This document shows, in pieces, positions 61,692-64,000 of a DNA stretch of 64,000 nt. The DNA lies in the NCBI GenBank assembly GCA_018261905.1, contig JAGTRU010000037.1:3949-67948 (forward strand), in the 5' to 3' direction. Each line of letters starts with the position of its first letter. Positions within the stretch are counted from its first letter, which is position 1. The translations under genes and the position numbers were made by a program. The stretch is from Pseudomonadota bacterium (GTDB lineage Bacteria > Pseudomonadota > Gammaproteobacteria > Burkholderiales > Rhodocyclaceae). The notes under the pieces were generated by a model. It saw only the letters and a program-made list of their open reading frames with translations, made no database searches and was not told the origin of the DNA.

Positions 61692-62177
61692 ATGGCAATG
61701 AATGCCTATCTGCGGCTCAAGGGGCAGAAGAGCGGCGAAGTCCTGGGTTCCGCCAGCAAGCGAGGGCGCCTCGGCAGCATCGCGGTGATCGCCTTCGACC
61801 ACCAGGTGACCTCCCCGCGCGACCCGGCGTCCGGCCTGCCGACCGGCCAGCGCATGCACCACCCGCTGCTCCTCACCAAGGAGGTGGATAGTTCCTCGCC
61901 GGTGCTCTGGAACATGCTGGGCACCAACGAAAACATCACCGAATGGGAACTGCGTTTCTGGCAACCCGGCGCCGGCACCAGCGAAACGCAGTACTACACC
62001 GTGACGTTGAGCAACGCCAACATCGCCGGCATGCGCATGCTCATGCCCGACAACAAGGTCAAGGAGAGCGCCGCACTCAAGGAACGCGAAGAAATTTCCT
62101 TTACCTACCAAAAAATCGAATGGCGCTTCGAAAACGGCACCATCACCGCCCAGGATGACTGGCAGACACCAAACTAG
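61692..62177 (+). CDS. hcp: type VI secretion tube protein Hcp (TssD), orphan copy
   Basis: 161 aa with AAGGAG SD 7 nt upstream. MAMNAYLRLKGQKSGEVLGS..., AFDHQVTSPRDPASGLPTGQRMHHPL..., EEISFTYQKIEWRFENG...DDW match the Hcp family as I know it from Burkholderia/E. coli-type Hcp. Confidence 0.85.
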   Translation: MAMNAYLRLKGQKSGEVLGSASKRGRLGSIAVIAFDHQVTSPRDPASGLPTGQRMHHPLLLTKEVDSSSPVLWNMLGTNENITEWELRFWQPGAGTSETQYYTVTLSNANIAGMRMLMPDNKVKESAALKEREEISFTYQKIEWRFENGTITAQDDWQTPN

Positions 62178-62259
62178 TCTCGCCCGGCCCGCCGGAACGC
62201 CTGCTCCAGGCTTTCTGGCGCCCCTACAAAATTAAACCTATGTCAATTGACTATTGCTC

Positions 62260-62313
62260 AATAATGTGACGCGATTCACATACCACTCAATAATTAATTC
62301 ATAGGGAGCAGAA
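62260..62313 (+). promoter_or_regulatory. conserved leader/promoter block, copy 2
   Basis: AATAATGTGACGCGATTCACATACCACTCAATAATTAATTCATAGGGAGCAGAA precedes the ATG. It shares AATAATGTGRCGCGATTC, CCA..CAAT and GGGAG.AGAAATGGG with copy 1. Confidence 0.4.
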
Positions 62314-62883
62314 ATGGGCACGGAAAACGTAGGGCAAGGACTCGGACTCACCGTCATCACCATTGGTATCGTTGTTTCTGCCATCGGGCTGGGCAGCATG
62401 CTTTCCGAATCTTCAGCAGCACCGAGCTTGCCGGCAAGCCCCGACCGCTTGATCGAGACGCAAGCCCCGGCGGCCGGACCGCGCCCGCTGCCGGCGACGC
62501 CAGTTGTAACAAACGGCAGCGGACCCGACAGCGGCGAAAAAGCCCAAGGCGAACTGAAGAATCTGCTCGAAGCCTGGCGCAAAGCCTGGAGCAGCCAGGA
62601 CAGCGCCACCTATCTGGCGTTCTACCACCCCGATTATCAAGGCCACAGCGACACCCCCGAAGCCTGGCGTGCCAGCCGCAAACGCGTCCTTGAGCAAGCC
62701 GAGTTCATCGAGGTCACCCTTGCCCAAGTGGTCGTCAAACTTGAAGGAGCCGACCAGGCCACCCTGAGCTTCGTCCAGGACTATGCCTCGGACCGCCGCG
62801 AGGATCACGGCAACAAACGCCTGCAACTACGCCGCAGCAACGGCAAGTGGCTGATCGAGAACGAAGAGTTCGCGGCCAACTGA
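62314..62883 (+). CDS. membrane-anchored NTF2/SnoaL-like domain protein (paralogue 2)
   Basis: 189 aa with the same architecture as 60520-61062. Roughly 60% identical by my eye-count over the C-terminal ~110 aa (LLEAWRKAWSSQDSATYLAFYHPDY...LQLRRSNGKWLIENEEF). Confidence 0.6.
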   Translation: MGTENVGQGLGLTVITIGIVVSAIGLGSMLSESSAAPSLPASPDRLIETQAPAAGPRPLPATPVVTNGSGPDSGEKAQGELKNLLEAWRKAWSSQDSATYLAFYHPDYQGHSDTPEAWRASRKRVLEQAEFIEVTLAQVVVKLEGADQATLSFVQDYASDRREDHGNKRLQLRRSNGKWLIENEEFAAN

Positions 62884-62929
62884 GGCGACGATCGATCATC
62901 CGGCCGGCCACAACGCCGCCCTGACCAGC

Positions 62930-62959
62930 CCCCGGCGGGAAACCGCCGGGGACTTTGTT
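62930..62959 (+). terminator. terminator-like stem-loop after paralogue 2
   Basis: CCCCGGCGG-gaaa-CCGCCGGGG followed by ACTTTGTT. Confidence 0.6.
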
Positions 62960-63012
62960 AGGTTAACAGCGCCGAACAGGCGGGCAATCAGCTCGCCTCC
63001 ATTAGCCCTTCC

Positions 63013-63999
63013 CTACAGTTCGACACCAGCGACATCCTTCAACTGGTGCCAGAAGTGCAGGCGCTCCTCGGTCGCCCGTAGCAGGTCTTCGCTGAGCAGC
63101 AGCCGGATCAGGCGATTTTTCGCATCGACCGCCCAGATATACGGGTAACGGCCGGCACGCGCCTCTGTCGCCAGATTCAGGAACTCGGCGACCGGGACCA
63201 TCGCTTCGTTCCAGGTTTCCGGCGGCGCCTTCTTGAACTGCTTGGCGAAACGCCCTTCGCTGGCGGCAAAGTCGGCGAAGGTCATGGGCAGGTTCATCGT
63301 CTGCTCGTTACCGGCCTCGTCCTGGTACTTGAGGTTGTAGCTCGGCCAGTCGGTGGCCAGCGACGGGTTGCCGGCCAGGCTGACACATTCGCTGAAAGTT
63401 GTACCGAGATCGGGATCGAAGCGGAACAGCGGATAGGCGCGGCCTTCCACCGCCAGGTTGCTGTGCTTGACGCAGGCATCGTCGCCGACGCCATGTTCCG
63501 GCGGACAGACGGCGTAGATATTGAACAGCGCCGGCCGCCGCGAATTGAGGCCGTCGATGTAGCCTTCGAGCAGGTGATTGGTGTGCGCGATGGTGCTCTG
63601 CAGGACATAGGCCGTGCGGTGCGCCATGCCGATCAGCGAGATTTCCTTGCGCGTTTCCTGCTTGCCGTGCCGGGCCACCCCGAACGGCGCCATGTCGGAG
63701 ACCTGGCCGGTAAAACCGGAAGTGCAAGCCTGCCCGCCGGTATTGGAATAGACCTGAGTATCGATCACCAGCACCTTGATCGGCATGCCGGACATCATCG
63801 CCCGCGACAGGTTCTGGAAGCCGATGTCGTACATCGCGCCATCGCCGCCGATGCTGACCACCGGCGGGCAGAGCTGCCATTCCTCGTCGCTGAACTGGCG
63901 CCAGTCGAAGCGGCGCAGGAAGTCGTCATGCAGCTCGGCAACGTATTCGCCGCGCAGTTCGAGTTCGGCCAGCCGCACGGCCTTGAAGCCGTCGGCCAT
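63013..63999 (-). CDS. nifJ: pyruvate:ferredoxin (flavodoxin) oxidoreductase, C-terminal ThDP-binding part (5' end outside window)
   Basis: The frame is open to the window edge. GGDGAMYDIGFQNLSRAM...VLVIDTQVYSNTGGQACTSG is the PFOR ThDP/Mg motif region. The stop is at 63013. Confidence 0.85.
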   Translation of the reverse strand: MADGFKAVRLAELELRGEYVAELHDDFLRRFDWRQFSDEEWQLCPPVVSIGGDGAMYDIGFQNLSRAMMSGMPIKVLVIDTQVYSNTGGQACTSGFTGQVSDMAPFGVARHGKQETRKEISLIGMAHRTAYVLQSTIAHTNHLLEGYIDGLNSRRPALFNIYAVCPPEHGVGDDACVKHSNLAVEGRAYPLFRFDPDLGTTFSECVSLAGNPSLATDWPSYNLKYQDEAGNEQTMNLPMTFADFAASEGRFAKQFKKAPPETWNEAMVPVAEFLNLATEARAGRYPYIWAVDAKNRLIRLLLSEDLLRATEERLHFWHQLKDVAGVEL

Positions 64000-64000
64000 T

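Overview
High-GC chromosomal segment. Gene order and protein signatures suggest a Rhodocyclales-type betaproteobacterium, but I cannot verify that here. It is mostly core genome. Contents in order: (1) the distal part of a type II secretion operon, gspD(partial)EFGHIJKLMN, followed by three exported phosphatases (one PhoD-type, two tandem PhoA-type) and a His-rich secreted protein; (2) lysS, mnmC, metY and a YaaH/SatP-type acetate channel; (3) a long minus-strand TCA block, sdhCDAB-sdhE-gltA-sucA-sucB-lpdA then zapE, with a GntR regulator, mdh and a citE-like gene opposite; (4) mixed regulators, signalling and stress genes (HD-GYP, MCP, PAS-GGDEF-EAL, NnrS, YafY, AraC); (5) a small lower-GC islet with an orphan hcp; (6) the 3' end of a pyruvate:ferredoxin oxidoreductase gene. 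I saw no rRNA, tRNA, CRISPR array, transposase or integrase. Most noteworthy observations: (a) sucB and gltA each carry a short (about 50-65 nt) frame-breaking internal deletion, while all neighbouring genes are intact; (b) a 263-aa minimal secretin homologue is tightly packed behind zapE and a tandem-HD HD-GYP protein; (c) the orphan hcp is bracketed by a duplicated leader-plus-gene module encoding membrane-anchored NTF2-like proteins; (d) the T2SS sits next to a phosphatase cluster, resembling Hxc/LapA; (e) an AAA ATPase has an uncharacterised N-terminal region of roughly 350 aa. None of these can be shown to be a new system from sequence alone. All family calls rest on motifs I recognise by eye, with no database search. 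Start codons were chosen by motif, SD or overlap logic and may be off.
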